Assembly (NCBI RefSeq): GCF_009914755.1
Contig: NC_060947.1
DNA length: 64,000 bases
Origin: the human T2T-CHM13v2.0 reference genome, Homo sapiens
Strand: one strand, 5' to 3'
The notes below the pieces were generated by a model. That model made no database searches. It was given only the letters and a program-made list of their open reading frames with translations, and had not been told where the DNA came from. Shown here one piece after another: positions 36,254 to 51,054 of the stretch. Each line of letters begins with the position of its first letter. The stretch's first letter is position 1. The position numbers and the translations under genes are program-made.

Positions 36254-38174
36254 ATGGAGTAAGAAGAATAAAGGAGGAAATAGGAGGAGGAGGAGAAGCA
36301 GGTCCAGAGGAGCTACAAGGCCTTCAGGGCTAAGGCAAACTTTGAGGCATGGGGAAGTGAAACTGGTGCTCTTAGAGCTTTTAGAGACTTCAGAAAAAGC
36401 CTTTAGAAAGGAATGCTGTGATGTCCTGAGAATCACAGCATTCATGCAAATTTTGTTGCTGTAAAAGGGCCTAGGAACTGTTAGGATGTGGTGTAAGGAA
36501 TAGGGATCCAAAAGCATGGATTCCTTCCATTTGTGGCAAAAGACAGATTTTTGCAAATGACAAAGGTGTGGCAGGCAGGGCCCATGGGCTGAGTCTGAAA
36601 GGGCACACTCTGAAGCTCTGGGAGGTAACTGAAGTGTTAAAGGGAATGTCTCTGGATTTTGAGTTCTTTAAATGAAGCTGCTTTGAGACTTGAGGAGCTT
36701 TCCATAGTTGGTGGTCAGTGAAGGAGGCGGGATTTGAAACCCACAGAAAGCATGTCTATGTAAGGTGTTAGAATGATCCCATGTGGAGTTTGCTCTATGG
36801 GACTAGTCCCTTTGAGGCCTGCAGGCTGTATATAAGATCACTGTAAATGGGGTGAAGAGGAGGAACTGCTGTGTACGAGTTCTGGAAAGCATTAGGTACA
36901 GAGAGCCTGGGAGTGTCGGGGGGGGAGGGGAACACAAGACTTTGAGAAGAATAGGATATTTGAGTGCTTTGAGTTAATGAGTACCCCAATAAGGATATTT
37001 GCATTTTAAAAGAAGAGCTTGGGGAAGTCAAAGTCTATACCAAGGCATTGCTAATAGTTGATTTTCAGGTTTTAATGAGGAGCAGTACTGGGGGACTACA
37101 GGGTGGGGAAGAGGATAAATGTCAACACAGTCTGACTATGCATGAGGCCTGCCTAGCATATCCTGCCATAGAAACCAGGGCATAAAAGGCATCCCAATGC
37201 AAAGCATCATAGGTCTACTCCAGCCCACTTGGTCCAGCTCTGTGGGAATACTCTGTGAGATGGGCAGAGAGTGGCATTTTTCCAGAAGGATTTTAAGTGG
37301 CAGAGTCCCTGGTGATGGTTCAGCTGTGGGAGAGAAGGCCTGGAAAGAAAACCAACCAGGATCAGTTACTCAGTGGAGGTAGGAAACAGGCCAACACTTG
37401 GCCTAAAAAGTAGAGCTTCCAATTTGAAATATTAACTGGTCTAGCCCCCAAATCCAAGCAATGTTAACATGTGTCAACAATAAACACAAGCAAAGGCCCA
37501 ACTACTAACAGTGTAAAAGACATCAGGCAGTGGAACAAATGTAAAGCAGGCAACTGATTTAAGGAAAAAAGTGTAATATCTAAATCATGCAGCTAGTAAA
37601 TGGAATGTCTGTATGACTACAGATCTACCATGCTGCCTTTCTAGACAAAATGAAAATAGCTCCTGGGCCCCTACATTCTTCAAATTCCAGCACTCCTAAG
37701 TCACCGTGGACACAGTACAAATTTCTTCCACCTACGTCATTCATTCCTAAAAGAATTGGATGTGGGGAGGAGTTAAAAGTTTTGGTGACCCAGAGAAGGG
37801 TCTCTACACAGATGCTAACCCTACTAAGGGCAGAGACCAGCTTTCAAAGTCAGTTCATTCTTTTGAACAGCAAAAGTCACTTGGTTATACTGTAAATAGA
37901 GTTTCAGAAGGTATAAGGGACTACTAAATCTATGAATCTGAAGTAAAGGTCTCAAGGTTGCTTTTCAATCACTCCTCCTAATCCTAACTTATTTGCCTTG
38001 TTTCATAGACATATAAACTGTTAGAACTGAAAGCCCCCTTAAAAGTCGGAAAATCTAACCCTCTAAACAGATAGAAAAAAACAGCTGAGGCTCAGCAATG
38101 GAAGGGACTGGACAATTGAATTATTTTGATTTGAGATAGAAGGAATGGGAGCTACCTGTAGAGTATGGCATCAA

Positions 38175-40134
<1,960 letters not shown>

Positions 40135-40240
40135 ATACAAAAGTCTTATTTCCAAATCAGGTCACAGTCACATGTACACGGGGTTAAGACATGAAAATAT
40201 ATTTTGGTGGGGTGGGGGGCACAATTCTACCAAATACAAA
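40135..40240 (-). mobile_element. MLT1-like LTR fragment
   Basis: tccaaatcaggtcaca...ggggcacaattctaccaaataca, typical reversed MLT1 5' end. Confidence 0.65.
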
Positions 40241-40543
40241 AGGATACAGCCGTTTGGAAACTGCAGCTTGGGGAGGGACCAGCGCTAAGCATCTTAAATC
40301 TTAGACGATAGAGTGACAGGGGCCCCTAGATCTGGAAGAGGATAAGAAAAGTGGAAGGCAACCATTTTTACTTTTGCTAAGGCACATCCCAAAATAAGGG
40401 TACAATTTCTCCCTCCTCAAATGTCTTAAAGAAATCTACTACTTGGCTTCCCAAACTGAGGCTTCTACAGCCTTGACTTCATAGTTTGGTGTGTCCAGAA
40501 ACACTGTGATGTTTTACCCGTTTTGGACTTTCTTTTGTCAAAT

Positions 40544-41205
40544 TGTAACTGAGCAGCTTGGCTTCAAACTGCATTTTACAACTTTTTTTTCCTTTCCTCT
40601 TTTTGCGCAGTGAGAAAAACTCCAGGTGTGTTTTCTCTTGTCTTGAAAAACAGCCTTGGAAGGTGCTCTAACAAACACTCCATCTTATGCTCCCAGGCCT
40701 TATGCACATTTGTTTATCTGGATGTTTGTTAAACTCACATCATATTCACTTATCTGGTCATATATTTCCTTAGGAATCTTCAGGGGCCAAATCCTGACAC
40801 AACGAGGCACCTTCTGAATTCTCTCTCCAATAAAAGCTTACTTCAAGACTGGAACCCACTCCCAGATACAGACTGACTACAAGATTGACTGTGATTAATT
40901 TGTAACCTGGTAGGGCCCTCAATGGCCCCAGCCCCTACATCAGAGGGAACAATAATTCAAGATGAGCCATTGGAGCAAGTCTCATCACCTGGCACTTCCT
41001 AGCATTCCCTGCCTCTTCTGCATTCCAAACTCTCTCTTAAAAAACCCCTGCATTCCCTCCAAAAATTGAAAAGTAAAATTTTTCTTAGCCACTCTTCCCC
41101 TTGCTGGCACGAATAATAAAGTTTCAGTCTTTTTCTATCACATCTCGTTATTATTTTGGCTTCTTTCTACAAGTGGCGAGCAGTCAAACACTTTTGCCAG
41201 TTACA
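40544..41205 (+). mobile_element. Solo LTR (ERV1-type; family uncertain, MER72/LTR47-like)
   Basis: 8-bp terminal inverted repeat tgtaactg...cagttaca, aataaa near 41115, near-TSD aaat/aagt. Confidence 0.75.
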
Positions 41206-41696
41206 AAGTGACTTTGAGAGTCTGGATAGCAGAACCTACCACAGGGGGACAGCCTTGCTCACTCAAGAAGCCCCCTGCCCACCCCTCCCTTGGACTCCCA
41301 CAGGAATCAACTATGAAGGAGGAACTAAACCCATCCAGAGTGTGTAGGGGTTAATGGAAGAGGGCCAGAAAAGAGAGGCCAGAGTAGTGGACAATTTGGT
41401 TGGCAAAACCTGACTATTGCTCCCTTTATAGTGCATAGGTTGTCCCACTAGATTTGAAATAGGCAGCAGGTAAGAGACTAAGGAAATTGGGTTCAATAAT
41501 TCTCAAGAGACCCCAGAGTGGAATGAAAGGCAGTGTAGACCTAGCAGCATGGGCCTGAGGGCCAGAACCTTGTGTCCTGATCCCACGTATAAAAAAGACT
41601 CACTCTGTGTGTCCTTAGAAAAGGCTTAGTCTCTTCATCTGTGAAATGGAAACAAGAGCCACTGCCCTAGCTGCTTCTGAGTATGGTTATGAGTAG

Positions 41697-44097
41697 TGAT
41701 ACTGTTTGGCTGTATCCCCACCCAAATCTCATTTGAATTGTAGTTCCGATAATCTCCACGTGTCATGAGAGGGACTGAGTGAAAGGTAGTTAAAGTGAAA
41801 GGTAATTGAACAGCTGTAGTTACCCACATGCTGCTGTTCTCATGATAGTGAGTAAGTTCTCATGAGATTTGGTTTTATAAGGGGCCTTTTCCCCTTTTGC
41901 ACAGCACTTCTCCTTCCTTCCATCATGGGAAGAAGAACATGTTTGTTTCCCCTTCCACCATGATTTTAAGTTTCCTGAGGCCTCCCCAGCTATGCAGAAC
42001 TGTGAATCAATTCAACTTCTTTCCTTTATAAATTACCCAGTCTCGGGTATGTCCTTTATATCAGTGTGAGAACAGACTAATACAGTAAATTGGTACCAAA
42101 GAGAGAGGGGGCACTGCTGCTAAAAATAACTGAACATCTGGAAGTGACTTTGGAGCTGCATAACAAGCAGAGGCTGGAACAGTTTGGAGGTTTCAGAAGA
42201 AGACAGAAAGATGTGGGAAAGTTTGGAACTTCTAGGACTTTTTGATTGGTTTTGACCAAAATGCTGATAGTGATGTGGACAATGAAGTCCAGCCTGAGGT
42301 GGTCTCAGACGGAGGTAAGGAACTTGTTGGGAACTCGAATAAAGGTGATTCTTGCTATGTTTTAGCACAGAGGCTGGTGGCAGTTTGCCCCTGCCATAGA
42401 GATCTGTGGAAATTTGAACTGGAAATAGATTTTTTAGGGTACCTGTTGGAAGAAATGTCTAAGCAGCAAAGCATTCAAGAAGTGACTTGGGTGCTCTTAA
42501 AAACATTCAGTTTTAGGCATTCAAAAGGATATGGTTTGGGACTTATGTTTAAAATATATAAAAATATATATCAAAATATAAAATAGGGAACTTATGTTTA
42601 AAAGGGATGCAGAGCATAAAAGTTCAGAAAATTTGCAGCCTGACAATGTGATAGGAAAGAAAAACCCATTTTCTGAGGAGAAATTCAAGGTGACTGCAGA
42701 AATTTGCATAAGTAGCAAGGATCCAAATGCTAGTTGCCAAGACAATAAGGAAAATGTCTCCAGGGCATATCAGAGGTCTTCATGGCAGCCTCTCCCATCA
42801 CAGGCCCAGAGACCTAGGAGAACAAAATGCTCTCATGGCTCGGGCCCAGGGCCGCCCTGCTGTGTGCAATCCAGGGATTTGGTGCTCTGAATTCTAGCTG
42901 TGGCTCAAAGGGGCCAAAGTGCAGCTCAGGCTGTGGCTTCAGAGGGTGCAAGTCCCAAGCCTTAGCAGCTTCCACGTGGTGTTGAGCCTGCAGGTGTACA
43001 GAAGTCAAGAATTGAGGTTTGGGAACTTCTGACTAGATCTCAGAGGATGTGTGGAAACGCCTGGATATCCAGGAAGAAGTTTGCTGTAAGGGTGGAGTCC
43101 TCATGGAGACCCTCTCCTAAGGCAGTGCAGAAGGAAAATGTGGGGTCAGAGCCCCCACACACACTCCCCACTGGGGCACTGCCTAGTGGAGCTTTGAGAA
43201 AAGGGCCACCATCTTCCAGAGCTTAGAATGGTAGATCCATTGACAGCTTGCACCATGTGCCGGGAAAAGCCACAGACATGCAACACCAGCTTGTGAAGGA
43301 AGCTGGGAGGGGGACTGTAGTATGCAAACCTACTGGGGTGGAGCTGCCCAAGGCCATGGGAGCTCAATTCTTGCATCAGCATGACCTATTGTGAGACACG
43401 GAGTCAAAGAAGATCATTTTGAAGCTTTAGGATTTGACTGCCCCACTGGATTTTGGACTTGCATGGGTCCTGTAGCCCCTTTGTTTTGGCCAATTGCTCT
43501 CATTTGGAACAGGTGTATTTACCCAATACCTGTGCTCCCGTTGTATCTAGGAAGTAACTAACTTGCTTTTGATTTTACAGGCTCATAGGTGGAAGGGACT
43601 TGCTTTGTCTCAGATGAGACTTTGGACTTGGACTTTTAGGTTAATGATGGAATGAGTTAAGACTTTGGGGGACTGTTGGGAAGGCATGATTATATTTTTA
43701 AAGGTGAGGACATTAGATTAGGGAGGGGTCAGGAGTGGAATGACATAGTTTGGCTGTGTCCCCACCCAAATTTCGTCTTGTAGTTCCCATAAGCCCCATG
43801 AGTTGTCAAAAGGTAATTGAATCATGGGGGCGGTTACCCCATGCTGTTGTTCTCATGATAGTGAGTGAGTTCTCAGGAGAGCTTATGGTTTTATAAAAGG
43901 CCTTTCACCCTTTTGCTCAGCACTTCTTCTTCCTGCCATCATGTGAAGAAGGACACGTTTGCTTTCTTTTCACCATGCTTGTACATTTCCTGAGGCTTCC
44001 ACAGCCATGCGGAACTGTGAGTCAATTAAATCTGTTTCCTTTATAAATTACCCAATGTTGGGCATTCCTTAAAGCAGTATAAGAACAGACTAATACA
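41697..44097 (+). mobile_element. Full-length THE1 (THE1C/D-like): LTR 41697-42084, internal region, LTR 43741-44097
   Basis: Two LTRs (tga...taataca); internal region homologous to 28472-30099; TSD agtag/agtat. Confidence 0.95.
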
Positions 44098-45307
44098 AGT
44101 ATCATTTGGAAGCAGAAGCATAACCAAATGGAATAATGATGATGAGACCAACAGAGCACTGGTCAGCAGGAACACTTGGGGGATCAAATGAGATAACAAA
44201 AAGTAGAAGCACATAGTAAGTGTTCAATATATCTGCACCTTTTTCCTTCCTTAGGAAGGAAACCGAGGAGACTTCCTATTTCCAGTTGTCAAATGAAGAT
44301 AATCGACAGTCAAAGTGATTAAAATCAAAAGTCACATATCTGTTAATGTCCCAGAGCCAGGACTTTGAAACTAAGCGTTTTGACTGCAAATTCAATACTT
44401 TTTTCTCCCGTATGTCATGCTTCAAGTTCCTCATCTGTCATCTGGGAATAATGATAATAATAATGATAACTGTAATTTGTTTTGCCAATCAATTTATATA
44501 TTGGAAAGCATTCTGAAAAGTATAAAGTCCTGTACAAATTTAATGAATTCTTATTATTATTCCACTTCCTCAACTTGTATTCCACCAATTCTCACTAAGG
44601 TGTTAGCTAAGGATAGGCTTAAGGTACAGTCCCTTCCTGCGATATCTGCTTTTTAACAACTAATGCAAATAGCTAACATTTATTGCACTATGACTCTTGG
44701 TCACACAGTGTTATAAGCACTTATGTGTATTTACTCATTTCATATTAACAATACTATCTTCATTTTAAAGATAGTCCCTGACTCGCAGAGTAGTTGTGAT
44801 GATGAAATACATTCACATATGTAAAATGCTGAGAACAATGCCTTGGCATATCATAAGTACTGTGTAAATGTTAGCTATAATTACTAGTACTACTCTCGTC
44901 ATTTTCCAGGTGCAGGGAGGGAGGCACGGAGAAATTTAAGACCTGGATGACCCTTGGTAAGACCTCATCTCTGCCCTCTGACATCATCCCCTTAAAGCTG
45001 TGCCCCCTCTTTGGCTAAGATAGCAGTCCCAGGCTTGATCACAGCCAAGTCTGGGCCAAAGTAATCACAATTTCAAGAGCTATTTAGTTCTGGAGTGTTG
45101 GATGACTAGACCTCAAAAATAAAACACCCCAGAGGAAGCCTGCCAAAGCCTAGTTTCCCTGTAAAACATAGAAGGACCTGAGTCTGTTCAGCTTACTAGG
45201 TTCTTCAGTTTCATTGTATATTATAATCCGATGCAATCATGTGACCTTTTCTGCTTAACAATGTATTGTTTTCATATCGATTATCCCAGTTTAGCCACAC
45301 AACAGAC

Positions 45308-45365
45308 CTGCGAGGTGACCGTGCTGAAGATAAGAATTTCCAGCTCGTAAAGAGGGCTGCCAAAA
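45308..45365 (-). pseudogene. Predicted exon 2 of the relic gene (LAALFTSWKFLSSARSPR)
   Basis: ttattctctttctgag acceptor, CAG|gtctgt donor, phase 1 to 2, open frame. Confidence 0.5.
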
Positions 45366-45624
45366 CTCAGAAAGAGAATAAGATTTGTGGTAGAGCCCAT
45401 GTTGGAACTCTCAGATCCTACTTGCCTCCCAGTTTCTGTGTGCCCAAGGAAATTCCTTCCCTTTGGGACTGTGTTCCCATCATCTGTAAAGTGAAGTGAC
45501 TGGATGAACATGGCTCCTGACCCACATCGACGTCCCTTGACATTCGGGTTTTTCAAGCTACTTTGCTTTTTCCCTGGGCCCCAGTCCATGTGTGGACTGG
45601 GGTTCAACATCCCAAGGAAAGCTA

Positions 45625-45656
45625 TGCAGCATCTCCTTGAAACCAGCAGAGGGCAC
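45625..45656 (+). promoter_or_regulatory. Candidate CTCF site (core plus upstream motif)
   Basis: CCAGCAGAGGGCAC core at 45643-45656 with TGCAG starting 18 bp upstream; motif match only. Confidence 0.55.
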
Positions 45657-46676
45657 AGGAAGCCTACAGAGGAGAGCCAGTAGGAAATGAGGCATTAGGC
45701 TGAACCCAGGTGATCAGTTTCCCGCTGGACATAGATAAATACAGGTTTATGTGGAAGGAAAGAACTAGAAAAAATCAAGGCATAAAGAACCTTAGAAACT
45801 GATCCTTCAGGTGGAAAAACTGAGGCCTAGAGAGAGGAAAGAGCTAGCTGGAGGTCACAAAGCAAGTCAGGCAAAAAAAAAAAAAAAAAAAAAACAAACA
45901 AAAAAAAACTAGAACCCAGTGTTTCCTGATTTTCAGACACAGTTTCTTCAACTGCGTCAATCTGCTGCTACAACAGTACTGTTTTGAATTGTTTTTCTGG
46001 ATGAATGTTCACATTTATTTATAATCTACCATGTCTCAATAATAGAGACAACTGGTACCACATTGTGGATTCCCACAAAATGTTATGAATGGTACTAGGC
46101 TGGGTGGCTTACATACAATGGCTCTTTCGATCCTCACAACAGCCCTCTTAGGTAGGTAGTGTTTAGTCCCATTTCACAGATGAGATGGCATGTCACATCC
46201 AAGCCTTTGTAATTCTGTAGCTTATGCTTTAAAAAAATCCACTGTTTATCTCCGTGTCCAGTCCATAATAAGGTGATGTGCTCATCTGTGACCCTCTTCC
46301 TGGCCACTGGTAACCTTGGACATGCAGTGTCCAGATGCAATTATCAGCTAATGGAGTCATTAGATGTGTTTGTTTGCTTGTTTGATTATTGGTCTTAAAA
46401 ACCACTGCAATAAAATTTACTCCCAACAATATTATGCCAATTTTTATGTCCTTGAAGCTTATAATAAATGATATGGAAAGAGAATGTTCATAAACATATT
46501 AATGTCCTTTCAGAAAAAGCAGGCTTATTACTTCTGTCCTAATGAAACCCAAATTCTCTGACAGTGAGATGTGAGAGTTGACAGGGACAGGTCAAGAACT
46601 ACCAAGGTAATCCATCCACCCACACGCTACCACCACCAAGAAGAACTGTAACTATGCTTAAAAAATACTTTGCCCT

Positions 46677-46987
<311 letters not shown>

Positions 46988-48036
46988 CTATAGTATTACA
47001 GCATACTCCCTCATAAAGACATCCTTAATTCTCAAAGCCAGAGAATCTCTTCTGTGTTTATTCAACATTTCTTTTACTACATTTCTAGAATATTTATTTT
47101 TGTCCATGAGTAAGGGTGTGGTAAACAGCTGCCCATCACCATTAAAATTAAACCACCTGAAAACTATAGATGGGATACTAAGAGTAAAAAGTAAGAACCC
47201 AAATTTGAACCCAAATTCTGTCATAATCTATATGATTTTGAATAAGTCACTCAACACCCCTGAGCTTGTTTCCTTGCTGTTAAAATGAGGATAATCACTC
47301 TTACCTCACAAGGTTACTATACGAATTAAAAGAAAACAATGTACATGAGAATGCCCTGAAAGGTGCCCATAGAAAGCTACCACTCAATGAATGCTAGGAG
47401 AAGAATGCTAGTTGGCTGCCCTAGGACTACATTTTTGAGGTCATATAACACAGAGTGTTGTTACTAGAAGGTGCCTCTAGATGTCCCAGACACCAAGCAT
47501 AGCCTGCTCCCCTCTATAGGGAAACCGAGGTCCATCAAGATAAAAGGACTTGTCTCAAAATCATACAGACAGCAGGGCAGAGCTGGGACACAAATATAGA
47601 TATTCTGAAACCCAGACAAGTGGCTTTCCTCAACCGCAGTCTCTGCATCTAGCTGATGCTAGAAGGGGAGGGCAGAGAGAAGGGAGCCAAAGCCAGAAAA
47701 ATGTCTCACCACCTAAGGAAAACAGGAGGTCATGGCTGTCTTAGACATCATTAAATAATCATGGTCACTTTCCTGCTACTCCCAGAGCTTCAGGTTTCTG
47801 TCCATGGCTGAACTGAGGTGTGAATATAGGAACACAGCTCCAGGAAGAGGCAAAGGTCACCCAGGGTTTTAGGATCAGTCAAGTCTCCTGCAACTGACTA
47901 CTGAGAACATTCCTTTTGGGGCATTTCTGGCTAGAGGTGGGCTGGGTGGGGCAGGGCATGGGAGTTTAGCTGGCTTTTGGGGCCCCGAATGTTACAAATA
48001 GTGATAAAACAACAACGACAACAAAAACAGCCTTAC

Positions 48037-49668
48037 GTGAGCACCACAGACTCCAGTGTAGGGCTTTCTGGCTTTGCCCTCTGCCTTGGCTGCCCCCATT
48101 TACAACTGAGGCTCCAGGGGTTGTCTGGCCTGGCTGGACACCTCAGGCCCCCTACCAGCCTCTTGCCCCTTCATCTCATTGAGCTTCTCCTCTACTTTCT
48201 CCATGACAACCTCAGTGGTAAACCTCCTTGCATAGGCACCTAGCTCACGGGACTCCCTAGCATTGTCATCTTCCTTGAGGAAGCTGACCACGGTCTCAGT
48301 GTCTTCCTCGAGTTCCTCAGAAGAGTGCTCCCTGGTGAAGGTGCCGCAGTAGACTCGGCCACGACTGCCACGCCCATGGCTGTTCTGCTGCACTGGGTTG
48401 TCCTGGAACTCAAAGATGGCCAAGGTTGGGGCAGAGGTGGCAGCAGTACAGGGACCTGCTAGGGCCTGGTCCAGCGTCTCTTCGCCCTCAATGCTCATCT
48501 CAAAAGTGCATGAGGTCTGTGAGGGCTTCAGGTGGCGGTGGTTTGGCCAGTGCCTCCCCAAGGTGCTACTCCACAGTGAGGCCTCAATGGCCCAGCAGGA
48601 CAGGTTGAGTGTTAAGGAGGACAGGGAGGCAGCACCCTCCGGATGAAGCTATTGCTGCAACTGCTGAAGTAGGCCTCCCATTGGCGGCGGGGCAACTGTG
48701 GCTCTTCACGGGTGAATGCCCACCGCTTGCAGGCCACCTCAGCCACATTGTTAAAGAATTTGATAATGACGCTCAGTGGCGCAGTCTTGTCTCAGCACCG
48801 GTGTTCGGGGCTCCCTTCATAGCTGCCTCCGAGCCTGCTTCCAATGTGGAGTCCTCGATGGCATCCTCAAACTTCTGGATTTTGGCAGCTTTGGCCCATG
48901 TACACAGGCCTTCACAGCCCCTGGGGAATATGCTTTTCAGGTAGCTTCTGCCTTTCCTTTCACCCGCAAGCTGTTCAGGGGCCTCCTCCTGCCAGGATTT
49001 GTCCTCCACTTGGATGCCAAACTCATCGAAGGCCAGCACTTTCCAGTTCACCCTCTTGGGGGCTTGGCCAGGCCCCAGCACTTCTGTGAGGAAGGACTCC
49101 AGGCCCTTGATGAAGCCAGCATAGGAATGGCTAAAGGGCTTCCCGGCCTCCTCAGCTTTCCTCATTTGATAGATACCTGGGGCATCCTGCGGCTCCTGGA
49201 TCTTGCTGCTCCTACAGGGAGTGTTCTTGGAGGCCCCAGTAGAAGGCTTCAGCCTCCTGAATGACTTCATTCAATCCATGAACCTGAATTTCGTTTCACT
49301 TCTGACAGCCTGGAGGTGTCTCCCAGTAAAAGCATGGACTGGGGTCGCTTTTCCTGGCTGGAGGCGCCTTTTCTGCAGCTCACAAAATTCCAGATCTTGT
49401 TGACTTTGATTTTCCTCTTATTCCAACCACTATCTTCCCTGGTACTCAAGTCACTCTGGTCATACTGCTCAGATTTCTCCAATTCCTCCAGCCCTACCTC
49501 TCTGGTCAGGCTTTCTACCTCAGGGTGGTCTGGGATGACTTGAGTCACATAACCATTGGGCAGCATCTCTGAGAGAGAGTTAGTACAGCAGCTGTTGAGA
49601 GTCTCCATGGTAGCAGCAGAGGATGGGGCCAAAAAGGCACAGAGGGAGGGCTGGCCCTTTATTTCCAT
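48037..49668 (-). pseudogene. Large first coding exon of the relic gene (1632 nt, frameshifted)
   Basis: ~75-nt polypyrimidine tract ending tttcag at 49669; GC-rich unique sequence tiled by ORFs 49267..49668, 48773..49270 and 48100..48561; donor CAC|gtaagg at 48036. Confidence 0.8.
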
Positions 49669-50189
49669 CTGAAAGAGAGAAATAAGGAGAGAGAAAAGGG
49701 AAGGGGAGGGAAGGGGAAGAGAGATGAGGAGAAAGAAAAGAGAGCTAAATTAGGCAAGTCCACAAACGGGGTCATTTACAGATTTGTAATGATCAAATAT
49801 ATGAACACACTTCAGCACTGGGCCACCAAATCTTTAAGACCTTTACAGAACAAAAACTAACTTGGATTCTACTAGTATAGGATCAGGATTGGAGGAAAGC
49901 AAAGCTTAACCTGTGTACCAAGGAAAGCTTTGATTCCTATTTAAGTGCAAATACACCTAAGAGGGACACAACTTAAGGCTATTGTCAGACCCCTAAAAAC
50001 TGAGCAAATACATTTTTTAAAAAGAAAAAAAAAGCTGAAGCTATCTCAGAAATCTGTCACTTTAATCTTTTCCATTTTACAAGGAGGTACTGGAGATCCA
50101 GAGAAGACATCTGTCTTGCTTAGGCCACAGAGCCAAGGAAACAGCAGGGAGGAATCATCCAGGCCATGCTTCCCTTTCTCATTTGCTCC

Positions 50190-50520
50190 TCCATTCACTC
50201 AGGAAGGCTGCCTGAGAGAGCTCCCCTACCAGATCACCTGCTCAGCACTGGCGCCTCAGCTAGGTGCTGAACACCAGTGAGATGAGTAAGGCACACACGG
50301 CTAGTCACCTGAGCTCACAGGCTACTGGGAGAGATAGGTGAATGTAAACAAACAGTTACAATACAGCCCGATAAGTGCTCTAATGGAGATATGCACAAAG
50401 ACCACAGAAGCTTAGAGCAAGTTGGGAGGGGATGATGGGCTGAGATAGGTGTGAGGGCTAGAGAGCGGCAGACAGAGAAAGGACTGGGGCTCCCAGGAAT
50501 GCTTTCCAGAATAAGGTAGA
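50190..50520 (+). mobile_element. L2 LINE fragment
   Basis: cattcactcag...ctaggtgctg...gagctcacagg...ataagtgctctaatggag. Confidence 0.65.
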
Positions 50521-51054
50521 CTAAAAATGGGAGCTCACTCATGATAGAGTCTCTCTCCATCCAGTGTTCTTTGCACCTCTGCCCTGCACAGCCTAAGAGC
50601 AGGGTTTGCCATGAGAAGTGAAGAGAGGAGAGCAGGCACATTGAGCCTGGTGCCTTAAAGACAACATCTGCTTTCTTGGTAGTTTTGCCAAGACCCAACT
50701 CACTAACTCAGAGTCTATTACCTCCTTCTTCTCTAGTCTTCAAGGTTAACTTCACCTGACCTGGATCATGCCTTTACTCTGTGTTCTTTCTGTACTTACA
50801 TGAATAGCCTTCACAGAATCTGTTTGACTCAAAAAATATTCAAGTAGAAGGAGGCCAGGAAGATGATCTAGTTTGGAAAAATGGAACAAAAAGAGAGCAG
50901 ACATTTGGCTAAGGTCACACAGCAAGCCAGTGGCAAGCCAAGAACAGAAGCCTAGTCTTCCTGGCTTCCAGGCCAGGCAGGGACATTAACTCTCTACCAC
51001 ACTGCCACCCTTATCCAAGAGTTTTGTTTCCCCTAGTCTATTCCACTCAGGATG

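Noticed and set aside
48398-49543. Plus-strand ORFs (e.g. 48776..49264, 162 aa)
   Set aside because: Antisense shadows of the GC-rich minus-strand coding relic; splice signals and Kozak context are on the minus strand.
48037-49668. Assigning a gene symbol (e.g. Rho/Ras GAP or GEF N-terminus) to the relic
   Set aside because: Only vague motif resemblance; no recognisable catalytic domain in the reconstructed peptide.
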